Of a DNA stretch of 64,000 nt, positions 1 through 11,640 are shown in pieces. Source of the DNA: Macrostomum lignano (taxonomy: Eukaryota); the NCBI GenBank assembly GCA_002269645.1, contig NIVC01000319.1:558001-622000 (forward strand), written 5' to 3'. A model generated the notes under the pieces. That model ran no database searches. It saw only the letters and a list, made by a program, of their open reading frames with translations, and was not told where the DNA came from. A program made the position numbers and the translations under genes. Each line of letters begins with the position of its first letter. Position 1 is the first letter of the stretch.

Positions 1-966
1 GGTTAGCAACCCGCAGCCGGTTGCTAAGGAAGCGAGGATCCGTTGCTAGGTGGGGAGCGCCGAGCCGGCGGCAGAGGACGCCGAATTGGCGGTCGTTGCC
101 GGCGCCCAGGATGAGTTGGCGGCGGTCGCTGGTGTCGAAGGCCTGGTAGGGCGCGAGGTTGGCGTGCCCTGTGCCCCAGCGGCTCGGCTCCTGGCCTTCG
201 AGGGTCGGTGGGTTCTGTGACGGACAGACAGACAGACTGACTGACAGACAGACAGACAGACTCTGAGCCCCTCACCGGTGTGCAGGAAGCTGGCAGCCAC
301 ATGCGACATGGTGGCCACCTGGGTGTCCAGCAGGTTGGCGTCGATCCAGCAGCCCCGGCCGACCTCCCCCAGACTCTCGGCCGTCCGCCGCCGGTACAGG
401 GCGGCCAGGATGGCGGACAGGGCATACAGGCCGGTGGACAGGTCCGTGACGGCCACCCCGGCCCGGACGGGCGGACCGTCGGGCTCCCCGGTGATGCCGA
501 GGAAGCCGCCGATGGCAGCCGCGGCGACGTCGTAGCCGGCCCGCCGGCGCCACGGCCCGGACTGGCCGAAGCCGGAGATGCTGCAGTAGATGAGGCCGGG
601 ATTCTGGGCGCTCAGCGAGGCAAAGTCCAGCCCGCGCTTCGCCAGCTTGCCGGGCACGAAGTTCTCCAGCAGGACGTCGCAGCGCCGGGACAGCCGGCGG
701 ACCAGGTCGGCCCCGGCCGGCTGGCCGAAGTCCAGGCAGACACTGCGCTTGTTGCGGTTGACACTCAGGAAGTACACGGAGTCCTCGGCCGCGAACGGCG
801 GCCCCCACTGCCGGGTCTCGTCCCCGCCGCCCGGCCGCTCCACCTTGATAACATCTGCGCCCATATCGCCCAGGATCATTGAGCAGTAGGGCCCGGCAAG
901 CACCCGGGTGAGGTCCAGGACTCGAATCCCGGCTAGGGGCCGGTGGGCACTGATGGGGACTGGCGG
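1..966 (-). CDS. SUGCT: CaiB/BaiF family III CoA-transferase (succinate-hydroxymethylglutarate CoA-transferase-like); partial, first exon not resolved, 3' end runs out of the window
   Basis: Exon 966-276 reads PLAGIRVLDLTRVLAGPYCSMILGDMGADVIKVERPGGGDETRQWGPPF...NRNKRS...DVLLENF...GYD, the family III CoA-transferase signature. An 80-nt GT-AG intron (275-196) joins it in frame to exon 195-1 (GQEPSRWGTGHANLAPYQAFDTSD...GAGNDRQF). Acceptor cccacag precedes 966. Confidence 0.9.
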
Positions 967-1004
967 CTGTGGGAATCAGAATCGTGACGAATAGAAGCAA
1001 GGCT

Positions 1005-1195
1005 GTCTGTCTGTCTTTCTGTCTTTCTGTCTGTCTGCCTGTCCATCTCTCTGTCCTGTCTGTGTCTTTCCGTCTTTCTGTCTGTCTGTCTGTGTTAGTG
1101 TCTTTCTGTCTGTCTTAGTGCGTCTGTCTGTCTGTCTATCTATCTATCTGTCTGTCTGTCTGTCTGTCTGACAGTCTGTCTGTCTGTCTGTCTGC
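1005..1195. repeat. (TGTC)n/(TATC)n microsatellite upstream of the first resolved SUGCT exon
   Basis: Runs of tgtc and tatc are directly visible. Confidence 0.9.
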
Positions 1196-1779
1196 CAGTC
1201 TGGCTCCCCATTCGCGGCTGACCGCAGCGAGCGAGGGCTGGTTCAGCAAGCACTCGTACGGGTATTTGCCCTCTCGCTAAATTCGACAATTAGCTCATCT
1301 AATTGCAGGAAGCGAGCGAGAGGCGCACAGGATGGGGATGGGAAGCGGGGGCAGCCAGCACGCGCAACAGGAAATCTTTAATGATGACGAAAAGCAGGTG
1401 GGGTCGCAGCTCGAATCCCGACCCGGAAGTGCTGCTCTTTTCCACCCCAAGAGCGTGCCTTCCCGCTGCCAACTGAAGGATAAAAAAACCGCCCCTAAGA
1501 TCATTACCTCCGGTAAAAAAGGTGGAATTTTCCAGAATGATCCAACGACTCCAGCAGCAGCGTGGCTTCAGCTCATAATAACCCCCCGCCAGCAGGCTTT
1601 GAGAACAGGCAGTTTTCAAGTGAAACACGAAAAGCACGGCTTGAAGCCTTTTTTGTTTCTTCAATCATCGGCTGATCTGTAGCAGTGGCAATGATTACAA
1701 ACGGCATGCGGTGTATTTTGGTCAGATTGGAACATTTGCATAGCAACTACAAGAGTTTGGATTTTCTAATCCCAGCTGT

Positions 1780-2322
1780 TCAGCTTCTTGACGACCGGGA
1801 CGCCTTCGACTTGGCGCCCTCGGCCAGCCGGTCCAGGCGCTCCCTGCCGGAGTCCTTGGCGGCGATGTTGCCTGGCGGAGCCACAAAGTAGTGCTCCTCG
1901 GTCTCGGCCGCGTTGCTCAGCACGGCCGTTCTGGGCTGCTCCGCCGGGGTGTCCGCGCGCAAAGGGCATCGCCAGCCCCAGGCCTCCGGCAGAGAGGTCA
2001 TCGGTTCGACCTCAGGACCAGCGTGCACCAGGCGAAGCTCGTCAGCGAACCGGACAGCCTCAGCCACCACTCGGACAGTGTCCGCGGTGTCAAACTGGAC
2101 GAGGGACAGCCGCTCGAGCAGGGCGATCGTGTCCGAGTCGATGGCGGTGGGCGGGGGAAGCTCGGAGTCCGCAACGTTGCGCCACGTAGGAGCGTCGGGC
2201 ACCAGACGGTGGCGGCAGCGGCGGCCGGCGGGCGGGGAGTCAGCGGCGCCGCATGAGCTGCTCGAGCTGCTGCAGAGATGCCGGGGAAGCCGTTGCCAGG
2301 GCCGCTGCGGCCCTAGCAACAA
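1780..2322 (-). CDS. GATC: Mitochondrial Glu-tRNA(Gln) amidotransferase subunit C; true start codon not located
   Basis: Reads VPDAPTW...IDSDTIALLERLSLVQF...AVRFADELRLV...VEPM...LRAD...VLSNAAETEEHYFVAPPGNI, the eukaryotic GatC pattern. The ORF opens on TTG and there is an in-frame stop at 2371-2373, so an upstream exon is needed. Confidence 0.85.
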   Translation of the reverse strand: MLLGPQRPWQRLPRHLCSSSSSSCGAADSPPAGRRCRHRLVPDAPTWRNVADSELPPPTAIDSDTIALLERLSLVQFDTADTVRVVAEAVRFADELRLVHAGPEVEPMTSLPEAWGWRCPLRADTPAEQPRTAVLSNAAETEEHYFVAPPGNIAAKDSGRERLDRLAEGAKSKASRSSRS

Positions 2323-2354
2323 CAGTGCACGTGGCAGTGCACGCAGCAGAAGGA

Positions 2355-2717
2355 GATAAACCAGAGACTCTTAAGACTGCAGCTCACTGATAAACCAGAG
2401 ACTCTTAAGACTGCAGCTCACTGATAAACCAGACTCTTAAGACTGCAGCTCACTGATAAACCAGATACACCCTGACTGCAGCTCAGTGATAAACCAGAGA
2501 CTCTTAAGACTGCAGCTCACTGATAAACCAGAGACACCCTGACTGCAGCTCACTGATAAACCAGAGACACCCTGACTGCAGCTCACTGATAAACCAGAGA
2601 CACCCTGACTGCAGCTCACTGATAAACCAGAGACACCCTGACTGCAGCTCACTGATAAACCAGATACACTCACACTGCAGCTCACTGATAAACCAGAGAC
2701 ACCCTGACTGCAGCTCA
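2355..2717. repeat. 33-34 bp minisatellite (cagctcactgataaaccagagacaccctgactg)
   Basis: About 11 head-to-tail copies immediately 5' of the GATC exon. Confidence 0.9.
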
Positions 2718-4753
2718 CAGTTGCGAGAAAAGTTAGTGAACCCTGACTGAACTTTTAGAACAATCGCAAGTCAATTTTTACCGGCGTTTATTCAAAGAAA
2801 CAAAAGTTTTAGCAACTAGTTCTGCTCATGTTCAGCAAAAACTATTGCGTAGTTTGAGCGCAAACTAACCGAAACGAAAAACCAATTTCGAAAAAGATAG
2901 TGAACCGCAAAGTTTGGATTGGTCAAACCACAATGCATGATGCTTTTTCGAAACCTTTCACGCGAAAACTGTTGCACCAACTGCAATTTAAATGCATTTG
3001 CCCAAAGCTGTAAGCCTCAGAGGCTTGCTGCACTTGTTGTATCATCTCACAACACTGGCCTCGGATACAAGAAGAATTGCCAACCAACTTCGGCTCAGTG
3101 CTTCCACTGCTAGAGCTGTCATTCACAAATGGCAGAAGCGCAACACTGTGACTCCACTGCCTCGGAAGTGGACGGACGACCTGCCAAAGTTTCTGAGCGC
3201 ACAGCAAGGAGAGCTCAGCCTGTCGACAGTGATCCAACCGTGACTGCAAGTCAATTGCAGCATCAGCTGATCAATGCGGAATAGAGGTGCACAAGTCAAC
3301 GGTGCAGGAGTCTTTGAACCGTCAAGGACTTCACAGACGAGTTGCTCGCAAGAGACAAAAATTCAAGAGTTGTTTGGGTGGGTACATTTCGCAGAGACGG
3401 CTGGCATTAAAACAAAATAATGCATTGCCTACTACAAAGTATAGAGGTAGCAGAATCATGCTGTAGGGCTGTAAGTGCTGCAAGTGGAACTGGAAATAAT
3501 GTCCCACTTCATGAAATTATGAACTCGGTCATGTGTTAGAATTGAATGAGTTGGAGAGGTTCTGGGTGAGTTGGAGAGGTTCTGAATGAGTTGGAGAGGT
3601 TCTGGGTGAGTTGGAGAGGTTCTGAATGAGTTGGAGAGGTTCTGGGTGAGTTGGAGAGGTTCTGAATGAGTTGGAGAGGTTCTGAATGAGTTGGAGAGAT
3701 TCTGAATGAGTTGGAGAGGTTCTGAATGAGTTGGAGAGATTCTGGGTGAGTTGGAGAGATTCTGGGTGAGTTGGAGAGGTTCTGGGTGAGTTGGAGAGGT
3801 TCTGGGTGAGTTGGAGAGGTTCTGGGTGAGTTGGAGAGGTTCTGGGTGAGTTGGAGAGATTCTGAATGAGTTGGAGAGGTTCTGAATGAGTTGGAGATGT
3901 TCTGGGTGATTTGGAGAGGTCATAGATGAGTTGGAGAGGTTCTGAATGAGTTGGAGAGGTTCTGGGTGATTTGGAGAGGTCATAGATGAGTTGGAGAGGT
4001 TCTGAATGAGTTGGAGAGGTTCTGAATAAGTTGGAGAGGTCATGGATGAGTTGGAGAGGTTCTGGGTGAGTTGGAGAGGTTCTGAATGAGTTGGAGAGGT
4101 TCTGGGTGAGTTGGAGAGGTTCTGAATGAGTTGGAGATGTTCTGGGTGAGTTGGAGAGGTCATGGATGAGTTGGAGAGGTTCTGGGTGAGTTGGAGAGGT
4201 TCTGAATGAGTTGGAGAGGTTCTGGGTGAGTTGGAGAGGTCATGGATGAGTTGGAGAGGTTCTGGGTGAGTTGGAGAGGTCATGGATGAGTTGGAGAGGT
4301 TCTGAATGAGTTGGAGAGGTTCTGGGTGAGTTGGAGAGGTCATGGATGAGTTGGAGAGGTTCTGAATGAGTTGGAGAGGTTCTGGGTGAGTTGGAGAGGT
4401 CATGGATGAGTTGGAGAGGTTCTGAATGAGTTGGAGAGGTTCTGCACTGTAGAATGGGAAAGATTCCTGGAGAGCAGTGCTGTAAATTGATTAACAGTCA
4501 CAAAAATGTATTGCAGGCTGTTATTGCTGCTATGGATGGAGTTACGAGTACAAAGCATTAGTTGCTGGAATTTCAAATAAGTTCACTAACTTTTTCAACA
4601 GCTGTTTTGTTTTGTGGCCAATTGTGTCCAAACTATGCAATATTTTTTACAGAAAAGTTACGTAATCACTCACCTCACTAATCACTCCTTAAGAATAATT
4701 CACTGGTGCTGATAGAAATTCATTTAGGGTTCACTAAATTGTTCTAATCACTG
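2718..4753 (+). mobile_element. Degenerate Tc1-family DNA transposon with IR/DR-type ends, interrupted by a 20-bp minisatellite
   Basis: Transposase remnants: RIANQLRLSASTARAVIHKWQKRNTVTPLPR (HTH, about 3080-3165), PTTKYRGSRIM.GC.AASGTG (about 3430-3495) and EWEKIPGEQCCKLINSHKNVLQAVIAA..G (4450-4545). The motif aaaagttagtgaac(cct) occurs at 2718-2744 and 2890-2906, and inverted at 4581-4604 and 4726-4753. No clean TA target duplication. Confidence 0.8.
3545..4443. repeat. 20-bp minisatellite (gagttggagaggttctg-ggt/aat), about 45 copies, inside the Tc1 transposase
   Basis: Directly visible; it generates the spurious ORF 3456-4403. Confidence 0.95.
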
Positions 4754-5187
4754 ATAAACCAGAGCCACTCCTATTGCAGTTAAGTACTGACTACAGTGCC
4801 TGCCTACTAAAAGTAGCTGTTAAATAAATTGTACATAAGTCAACGAAACGCAAAACATATTTTAAAGAAGTTGAGAAAATGAACGCGAAAGTAATTTAAC
4901 TTGAGAAGATGATCCGAGTGGCAGAGCTCAATGTAATTATGAATTTTTATCGGTCTTAGTATCTATATACAGTCACAGAAAGATGGAAACACGATGCATT
5001 AAACTAAAAAAGAGAGAAAACAACAAAATATGAATAAATATGATTATAATGACGTGGGAAAGGGTTAAATAAAAAATGAAAAGATTTTCAATTGGATTAT
5101 GAAAATGAAATCAAAACAATGAAAAAAGATCATGAACGCCCTAAACTACTTAATGGATTTTTTGCGAGAGGGCAAATTTTTGCTTTG

Positions 5188-5500
5188 TTGTTAGGGCGAT
5201 TCTCACCTGGGCTGTTAGGGCGATTCTCACCTGGGCTGTTAGGGCGATTCTCACCTGGGCTGTTAGGGCGATTCTCACCTGGGCTGTTAGGGCGATTCTC
5301 ACCTGGGCTGTTAGGGCGATTCTCACCTGGGCTGTTAGGGCGATTCTCACCTGGGCTGTTAGGGCGATTCTCACCTGGGCTGTTAGGGCAACTCTCACCT
5401 GGGTTGTTAGGGCGATTCTCACCTGGGCTGTTAGGGCGATTCTCACCTGGGCTGTTAGGGCGATTCTCACCTGGGCTGTTAGAGCGATTATCACCTGGTT
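5188..5500. repeat. 24-bp minisatellite (gttagggcgattctcacctgggct), about 13 copies
   Basis: Directly visible. Confidence 0.95.
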
Positions 5501-5653
5501 TTGAGTCTATAACAACTAGAATTCTCTAGCGTGAGGGGTCAATTCACACGAATGGGTGCACGAGCTGGCCACGCAGCTGAAGGCGCAGCATCAGTGAGTG
5601 CTAGAACTAATCAATGAATCCCAGAAGCCGATGACACAGAATCCTCCGCACCA

Positions 5654-8600
5654 TCAGATGCCGGCCAGCAGGTCAGCCAGCTCGGCAGGCTCGGTCACGG
5701 GCAGCTGGCAGGTGAAATCCCGGCACAGGTAGGCGGCTGCCCGGCCATCAATCGGGCCGTAGCCGCTGCACCATCCAGCATCCTGCGGCCTCATCAGCAT
5801 CAGGTCTGGCCGGCGCACGGGACCGTCCGAGGACCAGGCGGCCTGCAGCAGCGGCTCCAGCTGGTCCTCGGCCGGGGCGGCCAGCACCAGGGTGGCCGGT
5901 GGCCCGGTCGCGGTCAGCAGGCAGGCGGAGGCCATCTCGGTCAGGGCCATGGGCTGCCGGCCCAGGGTCTGGCTGAACCTGTTCAACAGCTCGCCGCCGC
6001 GGCTGCTGTAGCTGCCGCTGTTGTCGTCGAAGGCGCGCAGACTGGCCAGGTTGACGGCCGACACGGAGTTGCCGCACGGCTCGGCGCCGTCGTGATCGTC
6101 GAGGAGGCGCAGCGGCAGCTCGGGGGCAGCGGCGTTGGCGGCGTCGCCCGCATCAGCTGACTGGCGCCTGCGGGGGCGGTTCGAGTCTTGACTCTTGGTT
6201 CTTGGGGAGGCTGATGACTCTTGGTTCTTGGGGAGGCTGCTTAGTCTTGGTTCTTGGGGAGGCTGCTGAGTCTTGGTTCTTGGGGAGGCTGCTGAGTCTT
6301 GGTTCTTGGGGAGGCTGCTGAGTCTTGGTTCTTGGGGAGGCTGATGACTCTTGGTTCTTGGGGAGGCTGATGACTCTTGGTTCTTGGGGAGGCTGCTTAG
6401 TCTTGGTTCTTGGGGAGGCTGCTGAGTCTTGGTTCTTGGGGAGGCTGTTTGAGTCTTATTTGGAACGTGAAGCTGACATCTCTAAGGTGTCACCTGGTGA
6501 CTGGTGTCAAAGTAGGCCTTGGCCTCCGAGCACCAGAAAGCCGCATCCTGTTCAGCCTGCAGCTGGCGCGCCCAAGCCAGGTAGGGCTGGTGCAGGGTCG
6601 CCCGGTACAGCTGCAGCAGGGCGCCGATGAGCTGGGCGTGGTCGTCAAGGAATGCCTTCACGGGCGTCGGGCCCAGGGTGACACCGTCCTGGCCGTCCGG
6701 ATAGGCTACCCGGTACAGGGTGCGCGTGTCCTCGCGCCACAGATGGCACCGAATGAACTCTGCTCCGCGACGGGCGCGCTCGAGCCAGTCGGGACGGTTC
6801 AACAGACGGCCGGCCTGGGCCAGCGCCGAGATCATCATGGAGTTCCAGCAGGTGAGCAGCTGGAGCAGGTGGGATTATCTTCGGTAAAACGAGCTAGTCC
6901 GTTGCTATGTCGTTGCTAGGGGATATCGACTCGTTACTAAGGGACGCATGCACGTTGTTAAGGGACGCCTGTACGTTGCTAAGGGACGCCTGTACGTTGC
7001 TAGGGACACCTATACGTTGCTAGGGATATCTATACGTTGCTAAAGGACACGTATACGTTGCTAAGGGACGCTATACGTAGCTAAAGGACAACTATACGTT
7101 GCTAAGGGACGCTATACGTTGCTAAGGGACACCTATACGTTGCTAAGGCACACCTATACGTTGCTAATGAACACCTAAGCGTTGCTAACACTATACGCTG
7201 CTGTCGACAATATGATGTGAAGAGGCTCCCCTGTTGACCAACAGCTCTAAAACCCCCACCTTGTCGTCCAGATGCGGCGGCGGTCGCTTCGCTCGAACCT
7301 CGCGCAGCCGGAGCAGGCAGTCGGTGATGCCTGCCCGCAGCTGCTGCTCTGACAGGCCGAGCTGCTGGGCCAGCTCCCGCCAGGCCTTGCGCCGGATCAG
7401 CACGTTCTGGCCGCGCAGCTCGTCGTGCGGGTCCTGGTATGGGTCCACGTTGCCCGCCTCGGCGCAAGAGTACACCGCGGCAAATGCCTGCGGGCCGGAG
7501 TGACGGGCAGAAGCTGGGAATGAAGGGGATTTGGGAGCTGGGTGGCGGTCTAGCAACTGAGGATCTGGGAGGCTGGCCCAGCAACTGAGGATCTGGGAGG
7601 CTGGCCCAGCAACTGAGGATTTGGAAGGCTGGCCCAGCAACTGAGGATCTGGGAGGCTGGCCCAGCAACTGAGGATCTGGGAGGCTGGCCCAGCAACTGA
7701 GGATCTGGGAGGCTGGCCCAGCAACTGAGGATCTGGGAGGCTGGCCCAGCAACTGATGATCTGGAAGGCTGGCTCAGCAACTGAGGATCTGGGAGGCTGG
7801 CCTACTAGCAACTGTGGATCTGAAAGACTGGTCCAGCAACTGAGGGTCTGGGAGGCTGGCTTAGCAACTGAGGATCTGGGAGGCTGGCTTAGCAACTGAG
7901 GATCTGGATCTTCCCGCTCACCTTCAAATAGGGCACGTCGCCAATTGAGCCGCCCTCCAGCGCGGCGGCCAGCTGTCCCCAGGTCCACACGCAGAAGGCG
8001 CCCTCCTTCTTGCCGTGCCCGTGGCCGCCAGCGGCATCCTCAGCCGAGCCCTCCGGCAGCGAGTCAGCGTCCTGGGCGCTGTAGAAGCCGCCGGCCGGGT
8101 GTGACAGCTCCCGACAGACGTACTCCACAATGCCCACGGCCGTGTCTGCGAGCTCCTTGGCCGTCCCGGCGTCCTCCTTGGCGCAGAGACGCGAGGTGAC
8201 AGCGAAGGTGGAGCACAGCTGGGCCTGGTCGTACAGCATCTTCTCAAAGTGCGGCACGTGCCACTTGGCGTCCGTGGAGTAGCGGTGGAAGCCGCCGTTG
8301 ACGTGGTCGTGGATGCCGCCGCGGGCCATGCAGTCCAGCGTGAGGCGGCACATCGCCAGGGCCTCGGCGGACTCGGCCGGGTCGGCGGCGGACCGCAGGC
8401 CGGCCAGGCGCAGCAGGAAGGCCAGCAGCGACGGCTGCGGGAATTTGGGGGCCCGGCCGAAGCCGCCCAGCTCCGAGTCGAACCGGTCGCGCAGCTGGCG
8501 GAGGCAGAGGGCGGCCGGCCGGCTCGGGTCGAAGGCGGCCGCGGACGGCGGCGCTGGCGGCACCGCGTGTTTGCGGAGGGCGGCCAGAATCTCCGTGCCC

Positions 8601-10783
8601 TGCGTCTCCACCTGGGGTGGGTTAGAGGAGACAGCGGTTTGAACACTTTGAAAGCGACTGAGCACACTGATCTCTTCCAATAAGCACTGAGCACACTGAT
8701 CTCTTCCAATAAGCACTGAGCACACTGATCTCTTCCAATAAGCACTGAGCACACTGATCTCTTCCAATAAGCACTGAGCACACTGATCTCTTCCAATAAG
8801 CACTGAGCACACTGATCTCTTCCAATAAGCACTGAGCACACTGATCTCTTCCAATAAGCACTGAGCACACTGATCTCTTCCAATAAGCGCCTGAGCACAC
8901 TGATCTCTTCCAATAAGCACTGAGCACACTGATCTCTTCCAATAAGCGTCAGAGCACACTGATCTCTTCCAATAAGCGCCTGAGCACACTGATCTCTTCC
9001 AATAAGGGTCTGAGCACACTGATCTCTTCCAATAAGCGTCTGAGCACACTGATCTCTTTCAATAAGGGTCTGAGCACACTGATCTCTTCCAATAAGCGTC
9101 TGAGCACACTGATCTCTTCCAATAAGCGTCTGAGCACACTGATCTCTTCCAATAAGCGTCTGAGCACACTGATCTCTTCCAATAAGCGCCTGAGCACACT
9201 GATCTCTTCCAATAAGCGTATGAGCACACTGATCACTACCGATCACTCTCGATAAGCACTGAGCACACTGAACACTCCCGATAAGCACTGAGCACACGCA
9301 TCGCACCTGGTCCCTTTTGTTCCTCCAGCTGTCGGACAGAGACTGCAGGACAGACGCGAACCCGGGCCGGCCGAAGTACCTGTTCTCAGGCGGAAAGTAG
9401 GTGCCGCCAAAGATAGGCCGCTTGTCCGGGGTCAGCCAGACGGACAGGGGCCAGCCACCGCCGACTCCCAGGGCCAGCACGAAGTTCATGTACACCCGGT
9501 CCACGTCCGGCCGCTCCTCGCGGTCCAACTGCGGGAATGGAGGCGCAGATTTTAGTTGGGCATAAGCATTATTGATGGCGTATTTCAGACGTGACGGGAT
9601 TTAGAGGCTGGAGAATTTAGATAAGGAATTCAGGGGATTAGGGAGTTCGGGGAAGGGACAGGGAGGATTTATCTGAAGCTTTTATGGGATGGGGAATTTA
9701 GAGGCTAGTGGTTATCCAAAGGATGGGGAATTTAGAAGCTAGGGGTATGCAAGGGATGGGGAATTTAGAGGCTGGTGGTTATGCAAAGGATGGGGAATTT
9801 AGAGGCTGGTAGTTATGCAAGGGGTGGAGAATTTAGAAGCTAGGGGTATGCAAGGGATGGGGAGTTTAGAAGCTAGGGGTATGCAAGGGATGGGGAATTT
9901 AGAGGCTGGTGGTTATGCAAGGGATGGGGAATTTAGAAGCTAGGGGTATGCAAGGGATGGGGAATTTAGAAGATAGGGGTATGCAAGAGATGGGGAATTT
10001 AGAAGCTAGGGGTATGCAAGGGATGGGGAATTTAGAAGCTAGGGGTATGCAAGGGATGGAGAATTTAGAAGCTAGGGGTATGCAAGGGATGGGGAATTTA
10101 GAAGCTAGGGGTATGCAAGGGATGGGGAATTTAGAAGCTAGGGGTATGCAAAGGATGGGGAGTTTAGAAGCTAGGGGTATGCAAGGGATGGGGAATTTAG
10201 AAGCTAGGGGTATGCAAAGGATGGGGAATTTAGAAGCTAGGGGTATGCAAGGGATGGGGAATTTAGAGGCTGTTGGTTATGCAAAGGATGGGGAATTTAG
10301 AGGCTGGTAGTTATGCAAGGGGTGGAGAATTTAGAAGCTAGGGGTATGCAAGGGATGGGGAATTTAGAAGCTAGGGGTATGCAAGGGATGGGGAATTTAG
10401 AAGCTAGGGGTATGCAAAGGATGGGGAATTTAGAAGCTAGGGGTATGCAAGGGATGGGGAATTTAGATATATGTAGATCAGCATACTCCAACCCAGCAGC
10501 TCACCTTGATGCTGACAAAATTGTCATTGAGTAGCTTGGCAATGTCGGCATTCTGAAAGGACTCCCTGTGCATGACGTGGCACCAGTGGCAGGTGGAGTA
10601 GCCAATGCTCAGGAACACCAGCTGGTCCCTGGCCTTGGCCAGCGCGAACGCTTCGTCCCCCCAGGGCTGCCAGTGGACCGGATCGTTGGCGTGCTGGGCC
10701 AGGTAAGGCGACCGGGACAGGTGCAGGCGGTTGCTGGCCTGACTGCTGCTGCTTCTAGAGGACTGGGCCGCTGCCTGAGCCAT
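5654..10783 (-). CDS. SPATA20: SPATA20/YyaL-like protein (thioredoxin-like domain plus six-hairpin glycosidase-like domain), 6 exons
   Basis: Exons 10783-10505, 9528-9307, 8611-7922, 7487-7260, 6859-6494 and about 6160-5654 (last acceptor uncertain, 6167 or 6160), with GT-AG boundaries. Motifs: NRL...[127 protein letters not shown]. Confidence 0.93.
6185..6455. repeat. 26-bp minisatellite in SPATA20 intron 5
   Basis: cttggttcttggggaggctgctgagt, about 10 copies. Confidence 0.9.
6890..7200. repeat. About 21-bp degenerate minisatellite in SPATA20 intron 4
   Basis: tatacgttgctaagggacacc-like units. Confidence 0.85.
7550..7910. repeat. 28-bp minisatellite in SPATA20 intron 3
   Basis: agcaactgaggatctgggaggctggccc, about 13 copies. 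Confidence 0.9.
8655..9295. repeat. 29-bp minisatellite in SPATA20 intron 2
   Basis: gcactgagcacactgatctcttccaataa, about 20 copies. Confidence 0.95.
9680..10465. repeat. 33-bp minisatellite in SPATA20 intron 1
   Basis: ggggaatttagaagctaggggtatgcaagggat, more than 20 copies. Confidence 0.95.
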
Positions 10784-10899
10784 CCTGCGAGCTGCTGTTG
10801 TGGCTGCTGCTGCTCTGAAGAGCTTGAAACTCAACTGGAATGCGGGATTGGAGCTTTGATGAAGAAGGCGTAATACGGTATCCACCAGCACAAGCCTTA

Positions 10900-11640
10900 T
10901 GTTGCTATGGAGCTCTGAGACACTGTTCAAGTCAAATTACCCCGTTGCTATGGAGCTTTAAGATAGTGTTCAAGTCAAATTACCCCGTTGCTATGGAGCT
11001 TTAAGATAGTGTTCAAGTCAAATTACCCCGTTGCTATGGAGCTTTAAGATAGTGTCAAATTACCCCGTTGCTATGGAGCTTTAAGATAGTGTTCAAGTCA
11101 AATTACCCCGTTGCTATGGAGCTTTAAGATAGTGTTCAAGTCAAATTACCCCGTTGCTATGGAGCTTTAAGATAGTGTTCAAGTCAAATTACCCCGTTGC
11201 TATGGAGCTTTAAGATAGTGTTCAAGTCAAATTACCCCGTTGCTATGGAGCTTTAAGATAGTGTTCAAGTCAAATTACCCCGTTGCTATGGAGCTTTAAG
11301 ATAGTGTTCAAGTCAAATTACCCCGTTGCTATGGAGCTTTAAGATAGTGTTCAAGTCAAATTACCCCGTTGCTATGGAGCTTTAAGATAGTGTTCAAGTC
11401 AAATTACCCCGTTGCTATGGAGCTTTAAGATAGTGTTCAAGTCAAATTACCCCGTTGCTATGGAGCTTTAAGATAGTGTTCAAGTCAAATTACCCCGTTG
11501 CTATGGAGCTTTAAGATAGTGTTTAAATCAAATTACCCCGTTGCTATGGAGCTTTAAGATAGTGTTTAAATCAAATTACCCCGTTGCTATGGAGCTTTAA
11601 GATAGTGTTCAAGTCAAATTACCCCGTTGCTATGGAGCTA
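10900..11640. repeat. 43-bp near-perfect minisatellite directly upstream of SPATA20
   Basis: gttcaagtcaaattaccccgttgctatggagctttaagatagt, about 16-17 copies, no spacers. Confidence 0.95.

Noticed and set aside
1195-1290. Candidate SUGCT first exon (REGKYPYECLLNQPSLAA, donor gtcagc)
   Set aside because: Phase-compatible but lacks an ATG and homology, so it is left unresolved.
3456-4403. Long repeat-derived ORFs (also 39505-40285, 47659-48136, 54797-55753, 60240-61043, 61873-62406 and similar)
   Set aside because: They are translations of stop-free minisatellites lying in introns or gaps, with no splice or homology support.
1-10783. Bacterial origin or recent horizontal transfer of CaiB-, GatC- and YyaL-like genes
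   Set aside because: SUGCT and SPATA20 have spliceosomal introns, GATC needs an upstream exon, and all three families have ordinary animal orthologs.
10900-11640. 43-bp, 34-bp (13578-13990) and 64-bp (46899-47270) arrays as CRISPR
   Set aside because: The units are head-to-tail with no unique spacers, there are no cas genes and the context is eukaryotic.
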